From positions 1,440,001 to 1,504,000 of the forward strand of contig OZ220733.1 of NCBI GenBank assembly GCA_965116875.1: 64,000 bases of DNA, read 5' to 3'. Below the pieces are notes generated by a model. It was given only the letters and a program-made list of their open reading frames with translations. It was not told the origin of the DNA and ran no database searches. Source of the stretch: Candidatus Latescibacterota bacterium. Lineage in GTDB: Bacteria > Latescibacterota > UBA2968 > GCA-2709665. Shown one piece after another: positions 1-9,558 of this stretch (position 1 is its first letter; every line of letters begins with the position of its first letter). The position numbers were made by a program, and so were the translations under genes.

Positions 1-541
1 CCAGACCCAGGTTGTAGAAATTGGTTGCGTCCGTGGGATCGAGCTGGGTTGCATTTTCGTACTCCTCGATCGCCTTCCTGTAGTTCTTTCTGAGCAGGTA
101 CTCCCTGCCCTGCCTTGAATAGGCCCCCTTCAGGAGATTCCGTGCATTGCCATTCTGAAAATTGCCGTCGAGATTCAGCACGGCTTTGAACGCCTCTTGC
201 GCGTCATTGTATCTTCTCAGATTGAAAAAGAGGTTTCCCAGTTCATAATGGGCCTCGACGTAGTCCGCCTTTACCGTGGTGGCCATTCGGAAATTGGCGA
301 TGGCCTTCTCGGAATCCTTGAGCTTCTGGTAGGTTTTGGCCATGCCCCGGTACGCCTGGGCATTGTTCCCATCCAGCTTGACGGCGTCTTCGAACGCCTG
401 GAGGGCCTGCTGATAACGCCTTTTCTCGAAAAGGGCCTGACCGGCGTTGTATTTTTCCGCCGATTCGGGAGCGACTTGAGCCCACGCGGGCTGGCAGAAT
501 GGAAGGCCCAGGAGCAGGAACAGAGACAGTCGACAACGCAT
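1..541 (-). CDS. Secreted TPR-repeat protein (3' end runs off the window)
   Basis: Not in the ORF track. Translated by hand from ATG 541: MRCRLSLFLLLGLPFCQPAWAQ (signal peptide), then TPR-like YNAGQALFEKRRYQQALQAFEDAVKLDGNNAQAYRGMA. Confidence 0.8.
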   Translation of the reverse strand, partial: MRCRLSLFLLLGLPFCQPAWAQVAPESAEKYNAGQALFEKRRYQQALQAFEDAVKLDGNNAQAYRGMAKTYQKLKDSEKAIANFRMATTVKADYVEAHYELGNLFFNLRRYNDAQEAFKAVLNLDGNFQNGNARNLLKGAYSRQGREYLLRKNYRKAIEEYENATQLDPTDATNFYNLGL

Positions 542-701
542 ATCAGGTGATCCTCTCGAGAATACAGGTTGATGGAAACGTGGCTCTACAAGTGATTAAT
601 ATTGGCAGATCCCGGGATAATGTCAAACGCCTCGGACATGCGGAAAGGCCACCACCGGTTGTGTGATGGCCTCCGCCGAGCTTGTGCTGCCCTGACCGGG
701 T

Positions 702-1373
702 TCAATCGTGCAACTTGAAGGCGATACGCTGGGTCATCCAGACATTCACGGGCTTGTCGTTCTGTATGGCCGGCTTGAATACGAACTGTCTGACCGCATC
801 GATGGCCGCCTGCCTGAAGATCTCCTGGCCCTTCAATATCTGTACCTTGTCCGTCCGGCCGTCTCTGCGCACCATGAACTTGACGAAAACATTGCCCTCC
901 AGCCCCGCCTTGCGGGCGATCTCGGGGAATTTGGGCTGGACCCCTTTGATCAGTTCCGGTTTTTCCTCCACGCTCCAGAACTCCATCACTTCTTCTTCCA
1001 TCGGCGCTTCGGTGGCGCCCGGTGGCGGGGGCGGCAGGTCTACGGGAGCCTGATCCAGGTCAAGGTCGGTCGTTTCGATGGTCACGTCGTCGGGTACATC
1101 GTCGCTTTCGGTTTCAACCGGCATGGCGGGCCTTGGGGGCGGAGGCGGCCGCTGAATCTGGCGCGTTTCCGGGATCTCCTCCATCTGGATGATGATCTGG
1201 TCCTTCTTCCCCGCCGAGGCACGAATATCAAACGTGGGAAAAAGGATCGCCATGAACAGGTGCAGGGCACACGAGATACCGACCGACGTCCAGAAGACTT
1301 TCGGATAACGCCGCCTGAGGTCATGTTCAGGGTACTTCCGCCGGACGATATCCTTCCCTCTGATATAGGCCAT
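702..1373 (-). CDS. tonB: Energy transducer TonB
   Basis: N-terminal TM helix with His, Pro-rich linker, TonB_C domain (PKFPEIARKAGLEGNVFVKF...FKPAIQNDKPV). Confidence 0.92.
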   Translation of the reverse strand: MAYIRGKDIVRRKYPEHDLRRRYPKVFWTSVGISCALHLFMAILFPTFDIRASAGKKDQIIIQMEEIPETRQIQRPPPPPRPAMPVETESDDVPDDVTIETTDLDLDQAPVDLPPPPPGATEAPMEEEVMEFWSVEEKPELIKGVQPKFPEIARKAGLEGNVFVKFMVRRDGRTDKVQILKGQEIFRQAAIDAVRQFVFKPAIQNDKPVNVWMTQRIAFKLHD

Positions 1374-1378
1374 ATGCG

Positions 1379-1789
1379 TTACCTCTCTCGATCGGTGGCA
1401 AAGTTGACGCGGAGGGCGTCGGCCTTGCGCAGTTCCTCAATCACCTCGGAAACCAGCCCGTAGGGCGCCCGCGTATCGCACTTGAGTGAGACGATCAGCC
1501 GCGGGTTCTGCACGCGGCGTTCGTAGAAGATGGGCGCAACCTGGTTGACCTGGGCGATCTTGTCGTCTATGTAGACCTTCCGGTCCGCGGAAATCCAGAC
1601 GTAGGAAATATGGCGGCGCGTCTTGATTTCCTCGACCTTTTCAGCCCTGGGCAGTACGATCCCGGTGACCCGGTAGCGGACGAAAACCGTGGTGACCATG
1701 AAAAAGATCAGGAGAAGAAAGGCGATATCCGCCATGGAACCGGTTGGAATGGACGTATGTACCCCTGATTTTTTTGAAAAATCCGCCAT
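1379..1789 (-). CDS. exbD: Biopolymer transporter ExbD
   Basis: SMADIAFLLLIFFMVTT motif; operon context. Confidence 0.92.
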   Translation of the reverse strand: MADFSKKSGVHTSIPTGSMADIAFLLLIFFMVTTVFVRYRVTGIVLPRAEKVEEIKTRRHISYVWISADRKVYIDDKIAQVNQVAPIFYERRVQNPRLIVSLKCDTRAPYGLVSEVIEELRKADALRVNFATDRER

Positions 1790-1816
1790 GCTGAGAACTC
1801 CTGTTGCCGGACGAAC

Positions 1817-2233
1817 CTACTTTTCCGGAGATGCCAGTGAAATCCGCGTTGCACCCGAAAGCTTGATCTCATCCAGAACGTCTATGAATGCGTTATAGGG
1901 CGTCTCCTCGTCCGCCTTGAGGGAAACGATCAGCTTGTCGTTTTCGCTCAGCCGCCGCTCGATTTCGGCGCGCAACTGCCCGAGGGGAACTTCCTGTTCC
2001 AGGTTGATGAGGATGTCACCGGCGGCATTCACCCAGACGTTGCAGATATTCTTCTTCTGGATCTTTTTGTTTTCTCCGGCGGGCGGAAGCTGCATGCCAA
2101 TGCCCTTGTCCTGGTTCATTGTGGTGGTCACCAGGAAAAAAACAATCAGCAGAAAGGCGATGTCCGCCATCGACGAAGTCGGGATTTCGGGATTCGATTT
2201 GTTCCGCCTTGCCAACTGTGGCTTGTTCGCCAT
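1817..2233 (-). CDS. exbD: Biopolymer transporter ExbD (second copy)
   Basis: SMADIAFLLIVFFLVTT motif; operon context. Confidence 0.92.
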   Translation of the reverse strand: MANKPQLARRNKSNPEIPTSSMADIAFLLIVFFLVTTTMNQDKGIGMQLPPAGENKKIQKKNICNVWVNAAGDILINLEQEVPLGQLRAEIERRLSENDKLIVSLKADEETPYNAFIDVLDEIKLSGATRISLASPEK

Positions 2234-2236
2234 GGC

Positions 2237-2863
2237 TTATTCTCCCGCGGGCGTATCGTAGCCGGCCTGGATCAGTTCGTCGATGAACTGAGAGGAACTC
2301 TCCTGCATATCGATGATGATCTTGTCTATCTTGGACACGAAGAGGTTGTGCAACGCCTGGATTGGAATGGCGATGACCAGTCCGGATGCCGTGGTAATGA
2401 GCGCTTCCGAAATACCGGCGGCCACAATACTGGGCTCAACGTCCCCGGCTTTCGCAATGGCGTCGAAGGCGCTGATCATACCGCTCACCGTCCCGAGGAA
2501 CCCGAGCAGCGGGGCGATATTGGCTACGGTGGATAGCCAGACCATGCCTTTTTCCAGGAAGGCCATTTCGATGGCGCCGGATTCTTCTATCGCTTTTTCA
2601 ACGTGTTCGAGCCCCCGGTCCAGGCGGAGAAGGCCAGCATGGAGAACCGAGGCGACCGGCCCCCTGTGACTTGCGCAGACCTCGGCCACGCCTTCAGGCC
2701 CCCGCTGCTTGAGCGCTTCCTGAACCGCGGTGAAAAACTCCCGCGTGTCGATGGAAGACCGCCAGAGCGACCAGAAACGTTCAATACTGACCGCAATACC
2801 GAAAAGCAGCATAAGCAGAAGCGGGTGCATGAAGGGCCCGCCGTTTACATAAAGTTCAACCAT
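2237..2863 (-). CDS. exbB: MotA/TolQ/ExbB proton channel
   Basis: APLLGFLGTVSGMI and GISEALITTASGL motifs. Confidence 0.92.
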   Translation of the reverse strand: MVELYVNGGPFMHPLLLMLLFGIAVSIERFWSLWRSSIDTREFFTAVQEALKQRGPEGVAEVCASHRGPVASVLHAGLLRLDRGLEHVEKAIEESGAIEMAFLEKGMVWLSTVANIAPLLGFLGTVSGMISAFDAIAKAGDVEPSIVAAGISEALITTASGLVIAIPIQALHNLFVSKIDKIIIDMQESSSQFIDELIQAGYDTPAGE

Positions 2864-3052
2864 GCCTCAATCCCCCAGTTGATGTGAATGTTCGCTACGG
2901 ATGTACAGGAAGTTGTATCAAATTACCGGTGAATTCCCGAGCGCGAGCGAAAAAGTGACGGTCAATGCGGGAAAATCCGGCTATGAGAGCCGAGCAAGCG
3001 CAGCCTCGCTCTCGTAAGACGGGTGGATTTGACCAACGCCGACCGGCACGTC

Positions 3053-4255
3053 TCATTTCTTCCCTTCGATATCTACCTCCTCCTCTTTCTTCTTTTTGAA
3101 GAATTCCAGTCTCTTCTTCTCCTCCTCGGACATGGGAGGGTTGATTTCATCGATCATCCGTTTGGCGTTTCCTGCCCAGAGTGGATCCTTGCCGGCCCTC
3201 CTGAACCATTTCAACGCATTGACGGAATCCCGCGCGGCATTGGATTTCTTCCACTTCCTGTAATGGAACTCGCCCTTCATGTAGTTGAATTTCCCGTTTC
3301 CCGGATCCAGTCTGAGCCCTCTATTGACCAGACTCATATCGCCCGTCAGATCGGCCAGTTGCTCGACGACGCTGAGGTTGTCGGGCTGTAGCTTTTCCAT
3401 TTTTCTCAGGATGCGGATTTGAAACCTTCTGGGCTTGTTCAGCTGTTTCCCAAGCGTAAGCAATTGATCCAAGTAAAAAAAATCCGCGGGGCTGTGTGCG
3501 TGGAGTTTCTGATACGCGTCGAACGCCTTCTGGATCATACCCATGCGGACGTACAACCTGGCAAGGTTGTCGAGCGTCGTATAGTCTTCGGGGTTTATCT
3601 CCAGCAGCCGCTCCATCTCCTTGAGGGCTTCGTCTTCGTCACCCATATGCAGGGTGAGCTTTGCGATCGCATCCTGCACGTCGGGATTGTCAGGTTCCAA
3701 CTGGCCCCAGCTGCGGGTATGCTTCAGCGCCGAATCGTAGTCTTCGATTTCAATATACAGCGAGACCAGCTGGTGCAGGTACTGGACCTGCTGTTCCGGT
3801 TTCTTCGCAATGGCGAGAAGCTTTTCGTATACCTCGATGGCCTCCTCGAGCATCCCTTCCTGTACGTAAAGCTGCCCGAGGTAGTAAAGCGCGTTTCGCG
3901 CGTTTGGGCCCGCCGGTTTCAGTTTGATTGTCTTCTTGAACCAGGTAATGGCGTCCTGGGATTTTTCCGTCTCATTGTGCAACTTGCCCAGATAGTACGC
4001 GGTTTGCGCATTCCGCGAATTGAAGTCCCATGACTTCGTCAGCTGGACCTGGGCGTCTTCGTATTGTTTGTTATCCAGATACCGCTTGCCGAAATAAACA
4101 TGCTTCCTTGACATCGCCCCCGAGTCCACGGGGGCCTCGCGCGGCTTGTGCTCATCCTTTTTCGACTTTCTTCTGGCCTCGACCGGCGAAAACAGGCCCA
4201 GGAACAGAAAACCGCAGAGAATGATAACGATGCCGTCCGAAAGCCTGAATATCAT
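3053..4255 (-). CDS. Secreted TPR-repeat protein
   Basis: Hydrophobic N-terminus followed by several TPR-like repeats (AYYLGKLH..., ALYYLGQLY...EEAIEVYEK). Confidence 0.85.
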   Translation of the reverse strand: MIFRLSDGIVIILCGFLFLGLFSPVEARRKSKKDEHKPREAPVDSGAMSRKHVYFGKRYLDNKQYEDAQVQLTKSWDFNSRNAQTAYYLGKLHNETEKSQDAITWFKKTIKLKPAGPNARNALYYLGQLYVQEGMLEEAIEVYEKLLAIAKKPEQQVQYLHQLVSLYIEIEDYDSALKHTRSWGQLEPDNPDVQDAIAKLTLHMGDEDEALKEMERLLEINPEDYTTLDNLARLYVRMGMIQKAFDAYQKLHAHSPADFFYLDQLLTLGKQLNKPRRFQIRILRKMEKLQPDNLSVVEQLADLTGDMSLVNRGLRLDPGNGKFNYMKGEFHYRKWKKSNAARDSVNALKWFRRAGKDPLWAGNAKRMIDEINPPMSEEEKKRLEFFKKKKEEEVDIEGKK

Positions 4256-4489
4256 GACAGCAACTCCTCGACGATACAGCGGCGCAGCACTGTCGATTCA
4301 GCGTAAATTGCTGGTACCAAGACGCATAGACACATCTAACACTTAGAAACATAGAAATCTAACGAATAGGAAATTGGATGTCAAGGCAAAATCCATGCCC
4401 GTTTATTGCGATTCCATTGCGAATTGAAACCGCGGCGAGGCAAAGGACAGGACCGAGACTCCCACCCCGCGATGCCTGCCAGATGCAGG

Positions 4490-4518
4490 TTGACACAACC
4501 CGGGTAATCCCGTATATT
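4490..4518 (+). promoter_or_regulatory. Sigma70-type promoter upstream of guaB
   Basis: TTGACA-N17-TATATT. Confidence 0.6.
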
Positions 4519-4668
4519 GGAGGACTCGTCAGACGGTTGGACTCTTGTTGCAGTCGCACCCGGAGTTTCGCATGCGCAACGGAATACTCGGCGTCATGGA
4601 CAGGTCTTCGCCTCCCGCGATCGCCTGCGCGCGGCTGCTGCGCCCGAACTTGTAACGGGAAGTTGTGC

Positions 4669-4702
4669 AAACCCCTTGACACGTACGTCAAGGGGTTTCT
4701 TG
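4669..4702 (+). terminator. 12-bp hairpin in the guaB leader (possible terminator/attenuator)
   Basis: AAACCCCTTGAC-ACGTAC-GTCAAGGGGTTT followed by CTTG. Confidence 0.45.
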
Positions 4703-4765
4703 TATCCGGATACGATTTGATGACGTAGAGAAGATGCGCCGTTTTATTTCACCAGGGAGACGTCA

Positions 4766-6238
4766 ATGGACAGACCCACGGAAAAAATCGCCAAAGAGGG
4801 ACTGACGTACGACGATGTCCTGCTGATTCCCGGAAAATCCGAAGTCCTGCCGAATCAGGTGGATCTGACCACGCAGCTCACCCGAAGGATCCGGTTGAAT
4901 ATCCCTCTCGTCAGCGCCGCCATGGATACGGTTACCGAAGCCCGTCTCGCGATCGCACTTGCCCAGGAGGGCGGCATCGGGATTGTACACAGGAATCTGT
5001 CTATCGAAGAACAGGCCGAGGAGGTGGCCAAGGTGAAACGGTCGGAAAGCGGAATGATTGTCGATCCGCTGACGCTTTCGCCGGACAACTACATCCGTGA
5101 AGCGCTCGAGATGATGTCCAAGTATCGGATTTCCGGAGTGCCGATCGTTGACGGCGGCAAGAGACTTGTGGGCATCCTGACCAACCGGGACCTGCGGTTC
5201 GAGAAAAACGTGCACAGGAAGGTGTCCGAGGTCATGACGCACAAGGGGCTGGTGACGGCCCGGTTGGGAATCTCCCTGGAGGAAGCACAGGAAATTCTCC
5301 AGGAACATCGCATCGAAAAGCTGCCCGTCGTGGACGACAAGGGTGTGCTCAAGGGTCTGATTACGGTAAAGGATATCGAGAAAAAGATACAGTACCCGCA
5401 TGCATGCAAAGACAGACTCGGAAGGCTCCGGGTGGGCGCGGCGGTTGGGGTGGGGGGCGATCTGGAAGCCCGTGTCGGCATGCTGGTCGACCGGGACGTG
5501 GACGTGATTGTCGTGGATACGGCGCACGGCCATTCCCGGGGTGTTCTCGAAGCCGTGGAACGCATCAAGAATGGCTTTCCGGAAACCGAAGTGATCGCCG
5601 GAAACATCGTAACGGCGGAGGCGGCGCGGGACCTGATTCTGGCCGGAACGGATGCGGTCAAGGTGGGTATGGGGCCATCGGCGAGTTGCACAACCCGGGT
5701 CATCGCCGGAGCCGGCGTACCCCAGATTTCGGCCATCATGGACTGCGCCGACGTCGCGGAAAAGGCGGGCGTCCCCGCCATCGCGGACGGCGGAATCACC
5801 CAGTCTGGAGACGTCACCAAGGCCATCGCGGCCGGCGCGAATTCCGTGATGATCGGATTCCTCTTCGCGGGTACGGACGAGAGTCCGGGAGAGACGGTAA
5901 TCTACCAGGGACGGACCTTCAAGGTCTACAGGGGGATGGGTTCTCTGGGCGCCATGCAGCGCGGAAGCAGGGACAGATACTTCCAGGTAGGCGTCGAAGC
6001 CAACAAGCTGGTTCCTGAGGGAATTGAAGGGCAGGTACCGTACAAGGGATCCATCTCAGGGTTCATATATCAACTTATCGGCGGGTTGAGGGCGGGCATG
6101 GGATATTGCGGAACGAGAACCATTGCGGAACTCCGAAGGAACGGTCGATTCGTGAAAGTCTCGTCGGCCGGTGTCCGGGAGAGCCACGCGCACGACGTAT
6201 CGGTTACGAAAGAGGCGCCCAACTATCGGCTGGAGTAA
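4766..6238 (+). CDS. guaB: IMP dehydrogenase
   Basis: [20 protein letters not shown] pair, catalytic loop [24 protein letters not shown]. Confidence 0.97.
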   Translation: MDRPTEKIAKEGLTYDDVLLIPGKSEVLPNQVDLTTQLTRRIRLNIPLVSAAMDTVTEARLAIALAQEGGIGIVHRNLSIEEQAEEVAKVKRSESGMIVDPLTLSPDNYIREALEMMSKYRISGVPIVDGGKRLVGILTNRDLRFEKNVHRKVSEVMTHKGLVTARLGISLEEAQEILQEHRIEKLPVVDDKGVLKGLITVKDIEKKIQYPHACKDRLGRLRVGAAVGVGGDLEARVGMLVDRDVDVIVVDTAHGHSRGVLEAVERIKNGFPETEVIAGNIVTAEAARDLILAGTDAVKVGMGPSASCTTRVIAGAGVPQISAIMDCADVAEKAGVPAIADGGITQSGDVTKAIAAGANSVMIGFLFAGTDESPGETVIYQGRTFKVYRGMGSLGAMQRGSRDRYFQVGVEANKLVPEGIEGQVPYKGSISGFIYQLIGGLRAGMGYCGTRTIAELRRNGRFVKVSSAGVRESHAHDVSVTKEAPNYRLE

Positions 6239-6260
6239 GATTCAGGCGGCGGTCAGGCAC

Positions 6261-6292
6261 ACGGCAGATGGTACGGTACCATCTGCCGTTTC
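6261..6292 (+). terminator. Probable intrinsic terminator after guaB
   Basis: Inverted repeat ACGGCAGATGGTAC-G-GTACCATCTGCCGT followed by TT. Confidence 0.6.
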
Positions 6293-6307
6293 ACATGGGA
6301 ATCCCGC

Positions 6308-7453
6308 GTGGACCGGGGGGCGAGTGTGCAAATCGATATCGAGGAAATCCGGAACGGGTTTCCGGTGACCCGGAACTGGATTTATATGAATCACGCCGGA
6401 ATCGCGCCAATTTCGCAGGGCGTCTACCACGCAATGGACGGAATGCTGCAGGATCTGACCCGCAACGGCATGGCGAATCTGCCCGCGTGGGACGACGTAT
6501 GTTCCCGCACGCGGGAATCGGCCGCGCGTCTGATCGGCGCGGAAGCGTCGGAGATTGCCTTCGTCAAGAACACGTCCGAAGGGATCCTGATGGCGGCCAA
6601 CGGATTGACGTGGCGGCAGGGCGACAACGTCGTCATACCCGATCGCGGATTCCCGGCCAATGTCTATCCGTGGCTGAACCTGCGGTCGCAAGGCGTAGAG
6701 GTCCGGCGTGTTCCCGAGGTCGAGGGCCGTATCCCGCTGAACGACCTGCTGAATGCCGTCGACGACCGGACGCGCGTGCTTTCCGTAAGCTCGGTGGAGT
6801 TCGCAACCGGGTTCCGTCACGACCTCCGGGAAATCGGCCGATTCTGCAGGGCGCGAGGCATCCTTTTCTGCGTGGACGCGATTCAAAGCCTCGGCGTGCT
6901 GCCCCTGGACGTGGCGGACGCCGGAATCGACTTTGTTTCGGCCGACGCTCACAAATGGCTTCTGGGTCCGGAAGGAATCGGCGTCTTCTATTGTTCACAC
7001 CGCGCCCGTCGGCGCCTCCGAGTGGTGAACCTGGGCTGGGCGAACGTGGTGGAGCCAAGGGATTTCCTGTCGTACGACACCACATTGTTGCCCGATGCGC
7101 AGCGATTTGAGTGCGGCACGTTAAATACCGTGGGCATCCACGGGTTGCGTGCCGGTCTCGATCTCCTCCTTCGCATTGGCATCGAAAGCATCGAGTCGCG
7201 GGTATTTTCGTTGACCGATCAACTCTGCGCCGGGCTCGAGGAAAAGGGCTGCCGGGTGGTCAGTTCGAGGGCCCGCGGCGAAAAGTCCGGCATTGTCGTG
7301 TTTCATCACTCCCGGATCGATTCGGAATCGATTTTTCAGAAGCTGTCCGACGCACGGGTCGTTTGTGCGATACGGGGAGGAGGTGTCCGGCTGTCGCCGC
7401 ATTTCTACAACACCGAAGAGGAAATCGATCGTGTTCTGGATGCCATTCCGTAA
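6308..7453 (+). CDS. Class V PLP-dependent aminotransferase (cysteine desulfurase-like fold)
   Basis: YMNHAG, VDAIQSLG, DAHKWLLGP (PLP Lys), RLSPHFYN; no obvious SufS/IscS Cys loop. Confidence 0.85.
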   Translation: MDRGASVQIDIEEIRNGFPVTRNWIYMNHAGIAPISQGVYHAMDGMLQDLTRNGMANLPAWDDVCSRTRESAARLIGAEASEIAFVKNTSEGILMAANGLTWRQGDNVVIPDRGFPANVYPWLNLRSQGVEVRRVPEVEGRIPLNDLLNAVDDRTRVLSVSSVEFATGFRHDLREIGRFCRARGILFCVDAIQSLGVLPLDVADAGIDFVSADAHKWLLGPEGIGVFYCSHRARRRLRVVNLGWANVVEPRDFLSYDTTLLPDAQRFECGTLNTVGIHGLRAGLDLLLRIGIESIESRVFSLTDQLCAGLEEKGCRVVSSRARGEKSGIVVFHHSRIDSESIFQKLSDARVVCAIRGGGVRLSPHFYNTEEEIDRVLDAIP

Positions 7454-7470
7454 TTTAAACGGCGAGAAGC

Positions 7471-7704
7471 AGCTTTCAGCGATCAGCTCTCAGCCGTCAG
7501 CAAAAGGCGAAAACCAAAATCAAAACCCACCTCTCCCCCGGCCCCCTCTCCTGAAGAAAAGGGAGAGACAAGCAAAGCAGGGCGTTGACGCCTTTCAATA
7601 TAGACGCACATAAACGGGAGAACGCCATCTCCGTTCTTTATCAGGGAAAAGACCACGGAAAACCCCGGTTCCCCCTTCCTTCAGGAAGGGGGTCCGGGGG
7701 TAGG
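7471..7704. repeat. Heptamer (..TCAGC) tract plus an inverted REP-like pair
   Basis: ctttcag/cgatcag/ctctcag/ccgtcag at 7473-7500; cctctcccccggccccctctcctgaa (~7530-7555) is an imperfect inverted copy of 7680-7704. Confidence 0.6.
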
Positions 7705-8106
7705 TCCGCCGAGGTCGACAGTCTGTTGGACGCGCTGAAGAATGCTGTAACGCAGGGAAATTCCGCCGCATTGGAAGAAATCCTGGCGGAGGACGTGTGC
7801 GCGTTTTTCTCGGGGGGAGACGCACCGGTACGCGGCAGGGACGCGGTACTGGCGACGTGGTCGAGACACTTCGAACGCTGGTGCGACGTGCGAATCGAGC
7901 GAAGGGATACCGAGTTGAGAACCCGGGGAAACGTGGCATGGGGCCAATTCCTGTGGGATGGCGAAGGCAGCACGGGTTCGCAGCACTACAGGCTGGAAGG
8001 CGAGCGGTGGACCGTCGTCCTGCGACGTGAGAATGGATGCTGGCGATTCGTGCAGATGCATTCGTCCCTGCCATACAGGGATTGGGAGGCGCACCGCACG
8101 GCGTGA
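7585..8106 (+). CDS. NTF2/SnoaL-like (DUF4440-like) protein; true start probably further downstream
   Basis: Typical pattern: LEEILAEDV...PVRGRDAV...GNVAW...RWTVVLRRENGCWRFVQMHSS; the first ~40 codons run through the repeat. Confidence 0.7.
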   Translation: MTPFNIDAHKRENAISVLYQGKDHGKPRFPLPSGRGSGGRSAEVDSLLDALKNAVTQGNSAALEEILAEDVCAFFSGGDAPVRGRDAVLATWSRHFERWCDVRIERRDTELRTRGNVAWGQFLWDGEGSTGSQHYRLEGERWTVVLRRENGCWRFVQMHSSLPYRDWEAHRTA

Positions 8107-8149
8107 AGGTGGTGTCTGTGCCGCCCGGAAGGCCGGGTAAAAGAGGACC

Positions 8150-9271
8150 GTGGTGGAGCCATTGCCCGAGACCATCCTGCAGTTCGGCGGAGGCAGTTTT
8201 CTCCGGGCGTTCGCCGACGTGTTCGTTCACGAGGCGAATGCGGCGGGCGGATGTGTGGGGCGCATCGTTGTCGTGCAGTCCACGGAGGGCAACCGCGCGG
8301 CGCTGCTGAACGCGCAGGGCGGGAAGTACCACGTGGTCTTCAGGGGATTGGCGGACGGGGTGGGGATCGACAGAACGCTCGCGGTCCGGAGCATCAGCCG
8401 GGCGCTGACTGCGAAGTCAGAATGGGCGGAAGTGCTCCGGGTCGCCCGATCGTCTGCCTTGCGCATGGTTATCTCCAATACGACCGAAGCGGGGTACTCG
8501 CTCATTGACGACGATGATCCCGAACTGCCACGATCATTCCCCGCCCGGCTGCTTTGCGTTCTCAAAGCCCGCTACCAGGCCGGCCTGCCGGGTCTGACGG
8601 TGTTGCCCTGTGAACTCGTGGAGCCGAATGGCGAACTGCTTCGGGAACTGGTGCTCAGCCAGGCCGAAGCCTGGCGTCTGGATGCGGGGCTTCAGGACTG
8701 GATTCGCCGGGACGTGCGTTGGGTGAACACGCTGGTGGACCGAATCGTAAGCGGCAGGCCGGAATCCCATCCGCTTCTGACCTCGGACAAGCTGTTGACG
8801 GCGGCGGAGCCGTTTGCCCTCTGGGTGGTCGAGGCGCGGCCCGGAGATCTCTTCGAACACCCCTGCGTCCGGTTCGTTCCCGACGTTCGACCGTATGCGC
8901 TGCGGAAGGTCCGCATCCTGAACGGAGCGCATACGGCGCTGGTGTGCAGGGCGGGGCCATCGGGGCTGCGTACGGTCCGTGAAGCGGTTGGCGACCCGGC
9001 GGTCGGGCGTTGGCTGAGGCGTCTGGTTTTCGATGAAATCGTACCAACGCTCGAGCATGTCGTGGAAGATGCCCGGAGGTTTGCCGAACAGGTCCTGGAG
9101 CGATTCGCCAACCCCTTTCTGGATCACCGGCTCGAGGATATCGCGCTGCACCACGAAGAGAAAGTGAAGGTGCGACTGATGCCCACCTATGAGGCGTTTT
9201 TCGAGGCATTCGGACGACCGCCGGAGTTGCTGGGGGACATCCTCGCCCCGTACATGAACACATGGCGATGA
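8150..9271 (+). CDS. uxaB: Altronate/tagaturonate oxidoreductase (mannitol dehydrogenase family)
   Basis: ILQFGGGSFLRAF, ISNTTEAG, PCEL, NTLVDRIV, KVRILNGAH, RFANPF. Confidence 0.85.
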   Translation: MVEPLPETILQFGGGSFLRAFADVFVHEANAAGGCVGRIVVVQSTEGNRAALLNAQGGKYHVVFRGLADGVGIDRTLAVRSISRALTAKSEWAEVLRVARSSALRMVISNTTEAGYSLIDDDDPELPRSFPARLLCVLKARYQAGLPGLTVLPCELVEPNGELLRELVLSQAEAWRLDAGLQDWIRRDVRWVNTLVDRIVSGRPESHPLLTSDKLLTAAEPFALWVVEARPGDLFEHPCVRFVPDVRPYALRKVRILNGAHTALVCRAGPSGLRTVREAVGDPAVGRWLRRLVFDEIVPTLEHVVEDARRFAEQVLERFANPFLDHRLEDIALHHEEKVKVRLMPTYEAFFEAFGRPPELLGDILAPYMNTWR

Positions 9272-9558
9272 TAGAGAGGAATTTGTATCGCCGGGCCGCA
9301 TCGTTATCCGGGTTTAGCTGACGGCTGACAGCCTGACTTCGGATCAAGTTAACCCTTATTCGAAAAAAACTGCAACCGGGCGTCGTGATTAAACCCACCG
9401 AAACGGGGTGTAAACGTCGTCCGGATGGACATTTTTTCCGTTCACGTACAGTAACCTGGTGTATCCTGGTAATCCGCCGTCTAATCGCCTTTATTAACTT
9501 GCACATATTCGAATTAACGTTCACGAAATATTACGAATCAAGGTTAAAGGAGGTGTTG

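Noticed and set aside
4430-4625. 6S RNA-like long rod
   Set aside because: Only patchy end-to-end pairing by eye, with a promoter consensus inside it; not supportable without a covariance search.
6308-7453. Selenocysteine lyase supporting the Sec hypothesis
   Set aside because: No recognisable catalytic Cys loop, and it lies over 30 kb from the M20 gene.
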